Below, in pieces: positions 49,002-62,700 of a DNA stretch of 64,000 bases. Below the pieces are notes generated by a model. The model worked only from the letters and a program-made list of their open reading frames with translations, did not search any database and was not told where the DNA came from. Location: contig NC_134033.1 in the NCBI RefSeq assembly GCF_964204645.1, positions 7,572,655 to 7,636,654 of the forward strand. Direction: 5' to 3'. How positions within the stretch are numbered: the first letter of the stretch is position 1; the number at the start of each line of letters is the position of its first letter. The translations under genes were made by a program, and so were the position numbers. Source of the stretch: Tubulanus polymorphus. Its lineage: Eukaryota; Animalia; Nemertea.

Positions 49002-50114
49002 TTATATATTTTTAATTTTACTCGATAATATCCATTCATTGAATTCATCTGGCCATCCAACCCATTTTACTAAAGAATATTTTTTTCTATTAACAGTTTT
49101 TGCTTTTGATACTTTTTCAATTTTATATTCTTGTTCTAGATTTTCAGTAGTTAAACTTAATTCTTCGTCATAAAAGTACCCATCAACTTCTTCACCATCT
49201 AAATCTTCTAATTTATAGACATAGGGTTTTGTTGTTATTACCTTTTTTATTTTATTTATTTCTCCAGTAAAATTACGATGCATCCTTTGTCAAATATCTT
49301 TTTATACTTAGAAATTCTAACATTTTGACCAACTTTAAATTTAGGTTCACCAAAATCATCTACAAGAAATGCTCCATATAAATTATTCCAAACAATTTCA
49401 GCATTTTCAGGTTTTCTAGCATCGATAGGTTTCATTCCAATAGAAGAATGATAAGAATTATTATAACCTTCTATCAATTTTGGTAAAACATCAATCCATT
49501 TAAAAGTATTATTTGCTGTAAAATATTTCCACATTCTTGTTCTTAATGTTCTATTAAATCGTTCAACAACTGCTGCTTTTTTATCCGATTTTGTTGAAAA
49601 ATATTTAATATCATGATAATACAAGAGTTCATGAACGGATGAATTATCAAATTCTTTTCCATTATCGAATTGTATTTTTTCTGGCTTTATTTTACCACCT
49701 GAAAGAAATTGTCTTAAAACATTTGATGTTTGTACAGCATCTTTTCTATAAAGTGGGAAGCTCCATACATAACTACTAAAAATATAAATTATGTTTAAGA
49801 TCCACCAATAATCATCATTTTCCTTCTTAACATTTTTCATATCAATTAAATCTCCTTGCCACTGTTGATCTACATAACTTACCATAGTTAACAACCAACA
49901 ATTTTTTTATGTGTTGTATATGTTGGTTGTTCTAACATAAATTCATTTATATCTTTATATTTAACTAAATTTTGTGGGATTATCTTATCTAATTTATCTT
50001 GTTTTACTTGCCGCCATATATTTTTAGCAGAAGAATAAGCAACCGAACTATCAGCGTTGTGATATAAATTTCTTAAATATTGTTCTTTAGTATTAGGGTT
50101 TTGTTTACCCCCAT
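49002..50114 (-). pseudogene. Polinton B integrase with chromodomain
   Basis: ORFs 49256-49894 and 49002-49283. Confidence 0.92.
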
Positions 50115-50144
50115 TTATATTTTGTTAATTTTAACTTTTTATTT

Positions 50145-51270
50145 CTAATATTGAATACTATCTAATTGAGAATTTATAATATTTAATTGCGCGTCAGATA
50201 TAATATAAATGTGCATTTTGAAATTTTTGTCTCCTTTTTTCTTTTTCATGAATAATTGTATTCCATCTTTAGTGTTCTGTAATTTCTTCCCAGAACCATG
50301 TAATGAATTAACCTCTTTTGATCTAAAATCTAACCATAATGCATATTTAGTGCCGGTATAATAATCAATTTGATTAATATTACAATTTTCAGATGATTTT
50401 ACTTTTTCATTCATAAAATGTTTTCTAATTTCTGGCCACTGATCTATCATTCTCATTCCTTGACAAAATATTTTATTTGCTATTCCTTCAATAGTTATTT
50501 CTACCTTTGATATTTCGGGATTAAAATAATTATCAACATTTATTACACCATTAGAATATGTTGCAATGGTAAAAAATATTAATATACCTTAAATAGATCT
50601 TCTTGGGAAGTTAATAATTGTCAATAATTATTTCATCATTTGCATTAATAGTTTCAGTTTTAAATTTATCAATATAATCATATAATAATGAAAATCCTTG
50701 ATTGTATTGAGTTCGAATTATGCTTGAAATATTTTCATCAGTTACTGTATCATATTCTAAACATATATTCGATAATTTATAACCCATATCTTTAACAACG
50801 CTAGATAATACAATTTCATTAACAGGAGCAAATGTTATCTCGAATATTATATCTTCTTGAATTGCGTTTATATAAAGGTGCATTATCATTTATCAATTCA
50901 AAGTCAAATGGAATCTTCTATTTGCTTCCATAAATCTTTTTTATCAAATTATCTTTAGTATTAGTTATTATTGCATTATTAGCTTTATGATCTTAATTTA
51001 TTATGGTTTTCTGATTGGATGCCCTGAAATATCATATTATTTCTATTTTCTATTTCTATTTTCTTTGTTAACCATAAATCTTTATAATGCATAAATAAAT
51101 TATAATCATGTAATGAGAAAACTGTTTCTGGTCCAATCTTTATAGTTAATTTTTTAATCAAATATCTCCCAACATTATCTACAACATAATTATTATCATT
51201 ACCAGTTACATTTATATCAGCTGATAAATAAATACTATTTGGAACATAAAAAGTATTTTGATTTAATCTC
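50145..51270 (-). pseudogene. Polinton B major capsid protein, 5'-truncated
   Basis: Closely similar to 41810-42920, with frameshifts. Confidence 0.82.
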
Positions 51271-51274
51271 TATA

Positions 51275-51572
51275 AATCTGACTTGTTCCTTATTGGGAGA
51301 TGAATTCTCAATAAGTAACGAAAATTGAACCGGTAAAGACGAAAATCTGATTAAGGAACAAGGAACAAGTAACATGTTACTTGTTCCTTGTTGGGAGATA
51401 AATTCTCAATAAGTAACGAAAATTGAACCGGTAAAGACGAAAATCTGAATAAGGAACAAGTAACATGTTACTTATTCCTTGTTGGGAGATGAATTCTCAA
51501 TAAGTAACAAGAAAATCTGAATAAGGAACAAGTAACATGTTACTTGTTCCTTATTGGGAGATGAATTCCCAA
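51275..51572. repeat. Short tandem repeat with palindromic core
   Basis: AAGGAACAAGTAACATGTTACTTGTTCCTT x3; perfect 36-bp palindrome at 51520-51555. Confidence 0.85.
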
Positions 51573-51593
51573 TTTCTTATCACGATTTAAGGA

Positions 51594-53132
51594 ATGACAG
51601 TACCAAAACTTGAGCTAATGGCTGCGACCATCGCGTCACGTTTATGCCATCACGTACAATCGTCAATTAAAGCTGCCATAAATGCCGATCTTGATACATA
51701 TTTATGGAGTGACAGTATGATTGTTTTGGGTTGGTTGAAATCGGACAAAGTCTTACCTTTATTTGTTGCAAATAGAGTGAAGGAAATCAAAACATTGACA
51801 CAGGCACGTCTAATGGAATTATTGTCCTACGGCTGAAAATTCTGCAGATTTATTAACACGTGGGTTGACAGCGGAATAATAAAATTCCAGTAATTGGCTT
51901 CAAGGTCCTGAACTGATCACTGATGAAAAAATGAGACCTGATTTTCAAGTAAATTGCAGTGCATCATTTGTCAACACTTGCGATATCAGTTCTGAACCTA
52001 TAAATGTCACATCCTTTCATGCTCCAGAACTATTAATCGAGAAGGTTGTAGATATAGATAGATTTTCCTCTTATCAAACTTTGTTGAACGTTTCAGCTTT
52101 AGTCGTACGCTTTGTTAGAAACTGTAGGTCTCAAAAGATCGCACGAGTTTTCGGAGATTTGAAAACCGAAGAGATCAATGATGTAGAATCAATATGGTTG
52201 AAAAAGTGCCAAGAAAAGGAATTTTCTGATATATTTCTATTCCTTTCTGGCAAATTAAAGAAACGTCCGTCCATAGCATCTCAGTTAAATTTGTTCTTAG
52301 ATGAACGAGGTATAATCAGGTGTAGAGGACGAATGCATCATTCAAAATTACACTATGAATGTAAACATCCAATTCTATTTATTACCAAAATGTTGCGAAT
52401 TATCCAGTTTGATAATTAGAGAAGCTCCCATTGACGTTTATCATTTCGGTATTGCATCAACCATTTGCAAGATCCGAGAACGAGTCTGGATACCGCAAAT
52501 TCGTCAAACGGTCAAATCGTACTTACGAAAATGTATCGTATGCAAGAAATTTTGTTGTAAGCCGTTCAAACTGCCAGATGCGCCTCCTTTACCTGCTGCC
52601 AGAATCAACGAGGCTCCTCCATTCTATAACTGTGGAGTAGACTATTGCGGTCCTCTGTTTGTACGTGATAATTCGAAATACTACATATATCTTTTCACGT
52701 GCTCAGTAACGAGAGCCGTGCATTTGGAGATTGTCAAGTCGAACTCGGCTGAGGATTTTATGTATGCTTTTCGCAAGGTCGTGGCCCGACGCTCCGTGCC
52801 AAGGAGGATCCTCTCCGATAATGCGTCTAACTTTGTTGCAATTTCCAAATTTATTTCCAAGTATCTCTCAGAGAAAAGAATTGAGTGGAAGTTCATTACG
52901 AAGCGAGCTCCTTGGCACGGAGGGTTTTGGGAAAGATTAGTTGGACTTACCTAGGCTGCACTTAAAAAGGTTATAGGCAAAGGTATTCTTTCGTACGACG
53001 AGTTGATTACAGTTGTGACCGAAGTTGAATGTACACTAAACAATCGTACGTTATTGTATGTATCGTCTGATCTTTATGATGGTGTAACCTTAACCCCATC
53101 TCACTTATTGTGTGGCAGGAGAATTGTGTCTA
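51594..53132 (+). mobile_element. BEL/Pao LTR retrotransposon pol fragment (RNase H-like region, integrase), decayed
   Basis: TVPKLELMAA, WSDSMIVLGW, FVANRV, GVDYCGP, SDNASNF, PWHGGFWERLV. Confidence 0.93.
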
Positions 53133-53134
53133 AT

Positions 53135-53310
<176 letters not shown>

Positions 53311-55759
53311 TTAAAAACGCCCACTTAACGGGACTTACATATGAGACCTGCAAATCGGGCCCTAGTAGAAGGGCATGTTTTTGAGCTACCAATGAAAGTC
53401 AAATCGGTATAAAACCACCTGAAGAGACGATGTATCACTTCAGTTAGTCGATGTATTGCTTTCCCTTTATGAAAATGACTTTTCCTTTCAGACCGATTTT
53501 TTGGGCCTGTCCCCGTAATCCCTTTGGGTCTTTAACCCTTTCACACCTAAAATTTTTTATTAAAAAAAAAATATTAAATTTCCGTTAAATCATCATCAAG
53601 CTAACCATAACACCCCCGGCAGAGAAATGAACAGATTACATATTCTATTGCAGTTTACAAAATTACTCGGCCAATTTAAAAGGAAAGATGGTATCATTAT
53701 CTTAGCCTTAGAGATCCTTAGACCAACGAAATGATTAATGATGAACTAGTTAATTTTGGGCTTGGGTAATCTAAATAAAATGCCGCTGACACATAATGCA
53801 AGATTGCTGAGAATTCACAAAATGTTAGTAGAGGCTAAATTTGTCACGTAAGAAAAATCATATCGTGACGTTGGCATACAATGGTGCGCGCCGATTGGCC
53901 GTTCCATCACGCAAATGCTTTAAAGGTGCGGCCGGAACTGCATCCGAAAATAATCTGCATCCCAATTGTATCTCATTTTGGAGTTGTGTCATGCAGATAT
54001 ATGTAGCCTATATACTTTAGTGTTACCCCTTTGTCCTGATGCTGTTTCATTGTTTGAGGCCATATTTTATACGGAAATATTATTTTGCAATTAAATGGAG
54101 TGATAATTATTTAGATCGTAACTTTTATGCTTTCTTTTTCTTCTATTTCGTTTTTCATTGGTCATCGTTCGTATCAAAGCTTGCTCAATTCGAATCGGTC
54201 TATCCCAGCTTGAAGCCAAAATAGATGCTGGTTCAGTCGGATTAATTTGTTTTTTCACCCATTTTAAGAAAATTTGACTATATCGAACGTGCAGGTATCT
54301 GGATCCAGGAAATCTGGGTAGCCGCTCTATTTTTGTGGCGGTACCGAATTGGCTGCAACGTGATTCCATTGCAGTTTTGATTCATTCATCGCTGATTTTG
54401 TAATACAGTCTGGAACAATTCTAGAGGCCAAATGCTCACAGTACTAACAGTGCTCACAGTTGATACTTTTTACTGATTCAAGGGGACCACAGACTTGTCA
54501 GTTTAAAACCAGTAACCATGGGTAGTGTATAAACATATAATGATTAAACATTATTTTTTCCAACAAATTTACAAAATTTTACTGTGTGCAATGGAGAAAT
54601 GCAACAATTATTGTGAGTACATTATTGCCTTTCTCTTTTCGTTAAATTTTAACATATGGATAAGTGCAAAAAGTGCAAATATTGAAGTAATGCTCTCTAA
54701 TAATATGATTTGTTGATCGCGATCATGTATCCGTAGTCGCGATAGCTTTAAATTAGATGAAAGTGGCAGAAATCCCTTAAAATAAGTGCAATATCATCAA
54801 TATCAATATAATATCGATATCATCGAGCCAGATTCATCTTACGAAAATGGTACACGTGTAATTGTAAATGAAAATACACGTGTAAAATTGGCCCAATTTT
54901 ACACGTGTACTTTATCCCAATTACACGTGTACTTCATCCTAATTACACGTGTATTACACGTGTACTTCATCCAAATTACACGTGTACTTCATCCTAACTA
55001 CACGTGTAGTTCATCCTCATTACACGTGTATTTCATCCTGTATTACACATGTACTTTATCCTAATTACACGTGTATTACACGTGTACTTCATCCAAATTA
55101 AACGTGTACTTCATCCTAACTACACGTGTAGTTCATCCTTATTACACGTGTATTTCATCCTGTATTACACATGTACTTTATCCCAATAACACGTGTACTT
55201 CATCCTAATTACACGTGTATTTCATCCAGTGTTGCACGTGTAGTTTATCCTAATTACACGTGTATTTCATCCAATATTACACGTGTCTTACACGTGTACT
55301 TCATGCTAAATACATGTGTCTTTGATTGCCATTTTTTGTTGAATTCAAATCAAACCACCATGTGAGGAAATCTCCTTAATCTATGTGCTGTTTAGAATGA
55401 ACACTCAAGAGATTCACATTTTCCATACTAACTGATTTATTCATCTTCATAAATTTTATAAATTTTTGAGTAATTGCATGTCTTATGTTGGCCTCTTTAG
55501 CACCCTTCTCCTTTCGACATTGTTCTGAAATGATAACCATTTGAAAAAAATTAAGCAAAAGTATACAATGATTTCTTTACGAGGATAAATAAATCAACTT
55601 CAGCTGCTTGGGATGATGATTAAATTATATAGCTTTTTCTAACAGTCTTCTGCATATAACAGCTAAGTTTTTTCACTCTTAATGACTTGATTTTAAGCCA
55701 TATGGTGAAATGCTTGACAATCTGGAAATTTCAATGTTCAACGCCACCTGATGAAAAAC

Positions 55760-56505
55760 AAGGGGTCTAGGGACACCATGCCTGTATGGTTACGAATGCT
55801 AAACAATCAACATAATGAAATAGAAACAGGACATTGAAACTCACCACAATCATAGAACATGTCACAAGCTACAATTTTACAATTGATCGATGTTATAATG
55901 TATTCATAGGTACCAAAATAAATTAGACAAATTGTATATAATTCAATACTCAACTCCCCCTGGTGGTGAGAACAAAAACCTGGGTAACCCCAATTCCACA
56001 TGAGGTGAATACTACAACAGTGGTAACAATTATCAAATATCAAGACTGTAAGTCAAAACCTGTCGATATTTTCCTTCAAAAACCTTCTTCTATCTACGAA
56101 TGAGAACTGATGACACCAAGATGGCTGCCAAATGTGTCATGCTTGACTGATCGAAAAATCTGTCTCGTATGTTTTAGATTGTTAAGAAATGTATACCCAT
56201 CACAAATTTCAAAGGCAAAAATGACCTTTTTGGGTACAAAAAAGGTCACATGATGGCCATCTTGTGTCAAGATGGCCATCTTCATCTTCAAAATCTCCTT
56301 TGAAAACTTCAAAAAATAAGTGATGATTTTGGGGAACGAAAATGGCCAATGCAGTTGGCCATCTTGATTCGGACCAGTTTTGGGCTGAAGACATGTCTAG
56401 GATAGATACGTGTGTAACTTAAATATCAAGAGTATTAAAACTTCCCAAAATACTGGATTCCATCTACAGACGAACAAAGGGTGAATGCAATAGCCCGCTT
56501 GCTTG
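55760..56505 (-). mobile_element. Diverged relative of the 1.4-kb HINE
   Basis: Shares AGGGGTC.AGGGACACCATGC, ACTGATGACACCAAGATGGC and AACTTCCCAAAAT.ACTGGATTCC blocks. Confidence 0.65.
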
Positions 56506-59239
56506 GACTTACGTCTCAAATGGGCTAAAGCTGGGGACACATTAGGCAATTTCGTCGAGCACTTAAGTTGTGCAACGAAATCGTCGGTAAAATCACCTAG
56601 TTTGTCAGGGTCTGCGCCGACTGAATCGCCCGAATCCAACACGTCCTGCGACTGAATCACCCAACGCATCAGGCCACTGTGATTGTTCGCCTTGAGCGCC
56701 ATATTAAACGTTAAACCCTCCCCTTTTCTGACCAAGTGCCCTTTTGAATCACAGGTGAAAAATTCCACCCTATGATCAAAGTGCACAAACCCCATACAAC
56801 CGTTTCACACAGGGAGACCTGTATTGACTAGTGCCCTTTTCATAAGAGCTGAACCCGCGTTCTTCCAGCTTGGATCCGCCCCTGTAAAACAACAACAAAT
56901 GAATGCTAGCCATTATATATTGAATTCATGTACTTACGTATTATTTAGCTGACCCGGTTTGGGTCCAACTTTTTTCCTCATGGAAGACTTTCATTGCGTC
57001 ACATCCAGTCCAATGCCTTGACAATTAGTTCTTCTTTTTAATGAGTGGACAACAGCATGCATGCACCCAACAGTATTAGGTTTTCCGACTAATCAGCGTA
57101 TGGCAGCAGCTGTTGTATCATCCAATAGTGAGTAGGCATCCTAAAATGAGAAGAATTTACAATGCTTACGCTATAATCTTTGCTAAAACCATTCCGACGC
57201 TCATATAATATATATTGTAAATACCTGATTTTCATCACGCTGTCGTTGTTGAGAAATCAGTGGAGAATTGAAGGCTCTCTCGCGCTAACATCGTTTTCCA
57301 ACAATCCCCCAGTGGACACATTTTTAAGCCAAAAAAACGGGACACATTTTTAAGCCAAAAAAACGGGAATTCCAATTTTATAGTGTCTGTCCTTGGATCA
57401 ATTCTAATTGGTGTAGAACCTATAAAGTTTGAAAAAAATGGTCAAGAATTGATTGCACTAATGTCGTTTTTGCCCCCAGTCGAAACTCCGACAGCGACCT
57501 AATTTCATGTCCAGCATACAAGTTTAATGGCGATGATGGGCGCACAACAAAATCTAAATGACCCTGCGGTTTTTAGATTGGATGCATAAACACCAAAGAC
57601 ACTCCGTTTTTATCCCTCACAATTGGAATGATCATTTACAATTTTTTCACCGGACATTCAATCATTTAAGGCCTACTAATACTATGCTAACTAATTCAAA
57701 TTCAATTCAATACTAGGTCATGTTGCTTTTCATTCCAATAAACATATCCTTTTAGTGACCTATAAACCTTTACTTTACTACATAACAATAATCATACCTG
57801 AACAATCCACAACGCGTCCTTTATACGCGGGATAATAATAAATGGCCTTCGACTTTTTTGTTCTTCCACTTCCATTCCAATCCATTCTAATGAATCTAAT
57901 TCAATGATCCATTCAATGATCCACTATGTGTTTGACCTCAAACAAAGAAGCAGTGTCACTTTCGGCCCAGTTGTCAATGATCCCCTTTTATGGACTGATT
58001 GTCATCCATTATTGCGTTTCGCAATCATTATGAGAATAGAATAGATCGTGAAAACCTGTGAAAACGTGTCAATATGGTTGCCACCGCGCAGGGGTGCTTG
58101 GGAGTTTGATTGAAATAAATTATTTAATTATTAATAAGTTTTATGTCTGCATTTTAATTCTATTAGAATTAAAAAATAATCGTGTTAAGTGATATTTAAT
58201 TAGCAAAAATTACTTATACTAAGGGTTATTATGAAGCTAAGGCAAAATCAATTAAGTAAATTAAAAATAACGATTCAGTGAAGAAATGACGCTCATTTTA
58301 ATATACGCTGTATTATAAAAATAGACAAAAAGGTGCATGAATAAGGCCTCTAACTATTTAATTCAACATTTAGATGAGATTATTTTGTCTAGGTGGTTTT
58401 TCTGTTGATGAAAACCATTTATCTAGAGCTTGTCAGTTCGTCAGTGAGGTTTTCATTTTGGTAGTGTTCCAAAATGGAAGACAAATAACACAAAGATGCG
58501 CTTTTTAGTGGAAAATTACCCGTAAATATCGATATACACCAACCGAATTCGTCTTTTGCAAGCATGGAGTTTGAAAAAGAAATTGCAAGTAAAAAGGCCA
58601 GTTAAAATACGCGAGTAGGCCTACATGTTAAACATTTGAAGGTAAGATCATTTTAAATGTAAGCAAATCAAATTGACTTTATTGGTCCTTATCTGTATCA
58701 ATATCAATAAACATGTATATTATTGGTTTGACAGTTCAATAAAGTTGACAGGACAAACAAGAGACATGGAGAATTATGCAATTGCATAGGTCAATTGTTA
58801 GGTTAATGTTAATGTTGTTAGTTGATCTTTTAATCCAGGTCCGATCTGGTATGTTATTGTTATGCATGAGGTTTACTGTTCATCGCAACAATAGGCTACA
58901 AAATCGCTAGCTGGAAATCAACCTACGTCGTATAGGCCTACTGTAGCCTTAAGTTCTATATGGGTTCTATTTGGGAATAATTTAATCTCAAATTACTTTT
59001 TGTTTTGTAGATGGTAATATGTTGCTAAATGATGGACATTTCGATTTTTCAAGAAGTTGATTTTGAGAAACTGGAAGATTTAAGAATTGAAAATGGCCAC
59101 AATCCACCAATAATGCAGACAATGGTTATGACAACGTAAGTTAGTAATACAGTGCCTTATGACTAAAAATGCAATCTTAATTGCCAATCTACTCATCCGA
59201 TATGAACTTGACCAATCACAAAAATGTTTAATCTGTTTT

Positions 59240-59700
59240 GCAGCCACAGCTCATTGATGGAAATAGATGATCCTCTCCACACAAATGCTGAGGTGAACCA
59301 TCGTGGGGCTGTTACTACTATTATGGCGTTCTCCCTCAAAGCTGGATCCACATCAACTGTTTTGACTGGATTGTTGGATCAGTTGAATTTACTGTTACTG
59401 AGAAGCGGTTCTACGCAGTTCTAATTAGCCTATTTTCAAAAGATTTTCTCTATGTCCGGAGGTGAACAAATATTACTGCCCTGTATATAAGACATTATTC
59501 AAAAAACTGCAGGTATGATACAAATGTTCATTATGTGTTATACAGTATGATAAGGCAACATTAGAGGAAAAAGGACATTTTTTTGTGTACATGCCCGTTA
59601 ATGAACAACTGATAAGACTCCTCGGCTAAGAAGAGCTAGCTAGCAAAATTAATGAATGGGCCTACAAGGACAGCAGAACACTTCGAGCTGGTGACAGCAA
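59240..59700 (+). pseudogene. Possible EnSpm-type transposase N-terminal remnant
   Basis: DDPLH..AEV...IMAFSLK...LLDQLNLLL, KYYCP, FVYMPVNEQL in broken frames. Confidence 0.4.
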
Positions 59701-62700
59701 TATATTCAACATTTTTCATAAATAACATTGTAATTCGGGGCTTGGGCAGTCCCCTAAGCCTCTAGTTATCTTGATAATAAATGAAAAATATCCAAAATTT
59801 TTTGTTCAGATCATGATTTTTGTGAAACAGTTTTTGGATTTATTCAAGGGGCAACAAAGACATGTGCTTCATTCATACAGGATCCAATCTAGTCAATACA
59901 GGACAAACAACATGACTTTTTTGACACGGCATCCTGGAAAAAACTACTAAATGAGGATCAAACAATTAAAAAGACAGGAGATTCCTTCAATTCCTCGAAC
60001 ATTACATGCACAATCTTACTTTTAATAAAATCATGTGAAGCTAAATGATGTAATTACAAATTTTATTGCAGTTTACAAAAGTGACCAATTATGAGAAACA
60101 AGGTACATGTATAATTTTTTAGCCTAGTACATGCATCCAGATTGCACGTGTATTTCAGAAGCCACATATGAATTTACACGTGTTTTTAAAATACACGTCC
60201 TAAGTTACACGTGTATTTCAAAATACACGTCAAAAGTACACGTGTAATTTCATATTACACGTGTATTTAGCTAAATACACGTGTACCATTTTCATAAGGG
60301 ATATTCGTTATGCGACCGGTTGACGATTTTGTTATACAAATATGCTGTTTCATGTATTGTTCATTTTGATGGAAAAGGTATGGCTGATTTATTAATGGAT
60401 AGACAAATAAATGAATTTAGACTCGGATATTGCGAAATAAGTCGACGCTTTCGTAACAAATATATACTCCACACTAATCTGATACAGTATTAGTGGGTCA
60501 TGTTTTTATACGAAACTGATCCATAGGACCATTACACACACACACATACACACACAGTCCCTCGAATATTGGGTTTTCAATGTGTTATAGCCCATTGCAT
60601 GCCATTCCACATGATAAATAGAACGACCATTTGAGACCTGGACTCAAGCACCAGCAGAGAATTCGTGGCACGACAGTCCTTATTGGGTCTTGTATAAAAC
60701 TTAAATAGCATACCGGTATATCGGGTACCCGGTATATGATTTCGAGACCAACAGAACGGTGTGTTTCCTTTGTAATAGTCATCTCCATACACCCCCGATA
60801 CACAACCAGCCTCGCACCCTCCGATACACCACCGGCCTCGCAAACAGCCGACGCTTTTCAAAGATACCGAACGCGAACGCCTAGCTACTCGATCAGGGAC
60901 GTGCCACCTGCGACCGTAAAGCGACATGCCGCACCAATAATTGAATAACCCAAGACGCCATAATAAATGTTATTCTGCATTTAAGGGGGGGAGTATCAAA
61001 TTAGTCCGAATTGCAAACAGCAGCATTTTGTTCTGAGGCACAAATACGGTGATATTTAAAGCAGTTGGGATTTTCTGTGTACGGGCCACATGCAACAAGA
61101 ACAAGTTTGAGTTTGGTCATATATGAGCTGTCCAATTTAAGTTGTTGTAAGCATAGCCCTTTGACAGTGAAATGCCACAATAATAACCACTGAGATAGTC
61201 TTAGCTAAAGGATTGCTTAATAGATGTCGAATAAACACTATAATCCGTGTATACTGTAGATAAATGAAGAAATCCTACACTTCAAATTTAAAATTATACG
61301 ATCAAATTTATTACTATGAAACCACAGCCATCATCAGGTGGAATGACCAGAAAAACAAGTGTTTACGGTAGGCGGCCGCACTGAACCAGGCAGGTTTTTT
61401 TTCATGAAAGTTGCCCAGTAAACGGATTTAAACAAATCTAAATCTTCGATCCAATTGAACCATTTGTTTTCGATTTTGATGAAGTTTTGACTCAATAGTA
61501 TCAATCGTATACCCGGTACCTAAGATGACATTTTCATTACCAGGCGGATCTAGGAAATTTGGAAGAAAAGAAAATGTATTTTTAAAAAAATTAGCTCTTA
61601 TGGCATCTAGAAAATTGGTCAAAGTGGTCAAAATTAGCTCTTATGGCCTCTAGAATTCATCTAAGATGTGAATATTTAATCACGAATCCCCGATGTCGGC
61701 TGTGTATCCTGATATTTACATAATTTTATATATATTCATATGGTAGACTTTACTTACCTATTGGGACCTATATGGTTTCATACTAAAACTTATATATTCC
61801 ATAGATTTAACAGACTTATTGGGTGCCTCAAACTGCGGAAACATTATGTACAGGTCTATTGGGTCATCACCTTATGAGTCCCAAGTTTGAACTGCTTATT
61901 CAAATTAGTAAATTAAACATTATTTCGAGTCAAAGTTTAATTGTTGTGACGACCCAGAAGTGGTTCTAATCTCTTAACAATTACAGTGATGGAGCTGTCG
62001 TCATAATGACGATCACCTAATCGGATTTTACAATCTTAAAATTTCGTCTTGTACGTTTTCTGTAGCGCAGGTGATCAAGTCTTAGGATCAACTTCATTGT
62101 AACAAATGATTTCAAATATCAGAAGCCCAATGCGTTTAATGATTCAATTAAATGGTATCGTGCTGATTGGATGAAAGTTGGGGTAAATCATTGTATTGTG
62201 ATCTTATTCTTTTTGAATTGGTCATTGGTGGTCAATGGTCAATTTATGAATCTTCAATGGCGAATCTTTTCTAGTTTCACACCAAACACGGTATATCGTT
62301 CTCATGTTCGTGAAATTGTAATTCGTCAGTAGTGGTCAGTGTTGGTCAGCTTATGAATTTGCAATGATGAATACTTGGTAGTTTGTAAACAAACATGGCT
62401 TGAGAAATTTCCGGTATTCGAAGTCTGAATCGTTCAGACTCGGGGATCATATCTCAATTGGTCAGTTTCTGACCATCACGGTGTCAGCATTGTGGTCGAT
62501 AGCTTATATGAAACATTTGTAGATAACCAACGAAGGGGCCCAAAAGCACAAGCCAATTTCCAGTGATGTGATCCAAAAAATGCCCTACTGAAAAAAGTAG
62601 TCTCTCAATTGTACGAAACCAAATCGCACAGGAAAATTAATTTAGAAATTGTCGACTAGTAGCCACAGGCACTGGTTTTTTCTACGTAGTCTCTCATTTC

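Larger units (their letters stand above)
54838..60300. mobile_element. Decayed EnSpm/CACTA-like DNA transposon with CACGTG-rich subterminal repeats
   Basis: Imperfect TIRs CTTAYGAAAATGGTACACGTGTA; arrays 54850-55320 and 60140-60285. Confidence 0.6.

Noticed and set aside
51520-51555. p53 response element
   Set aside because: CWWG cores are present but the flanks miss the RRRCWWGYYY consensus.
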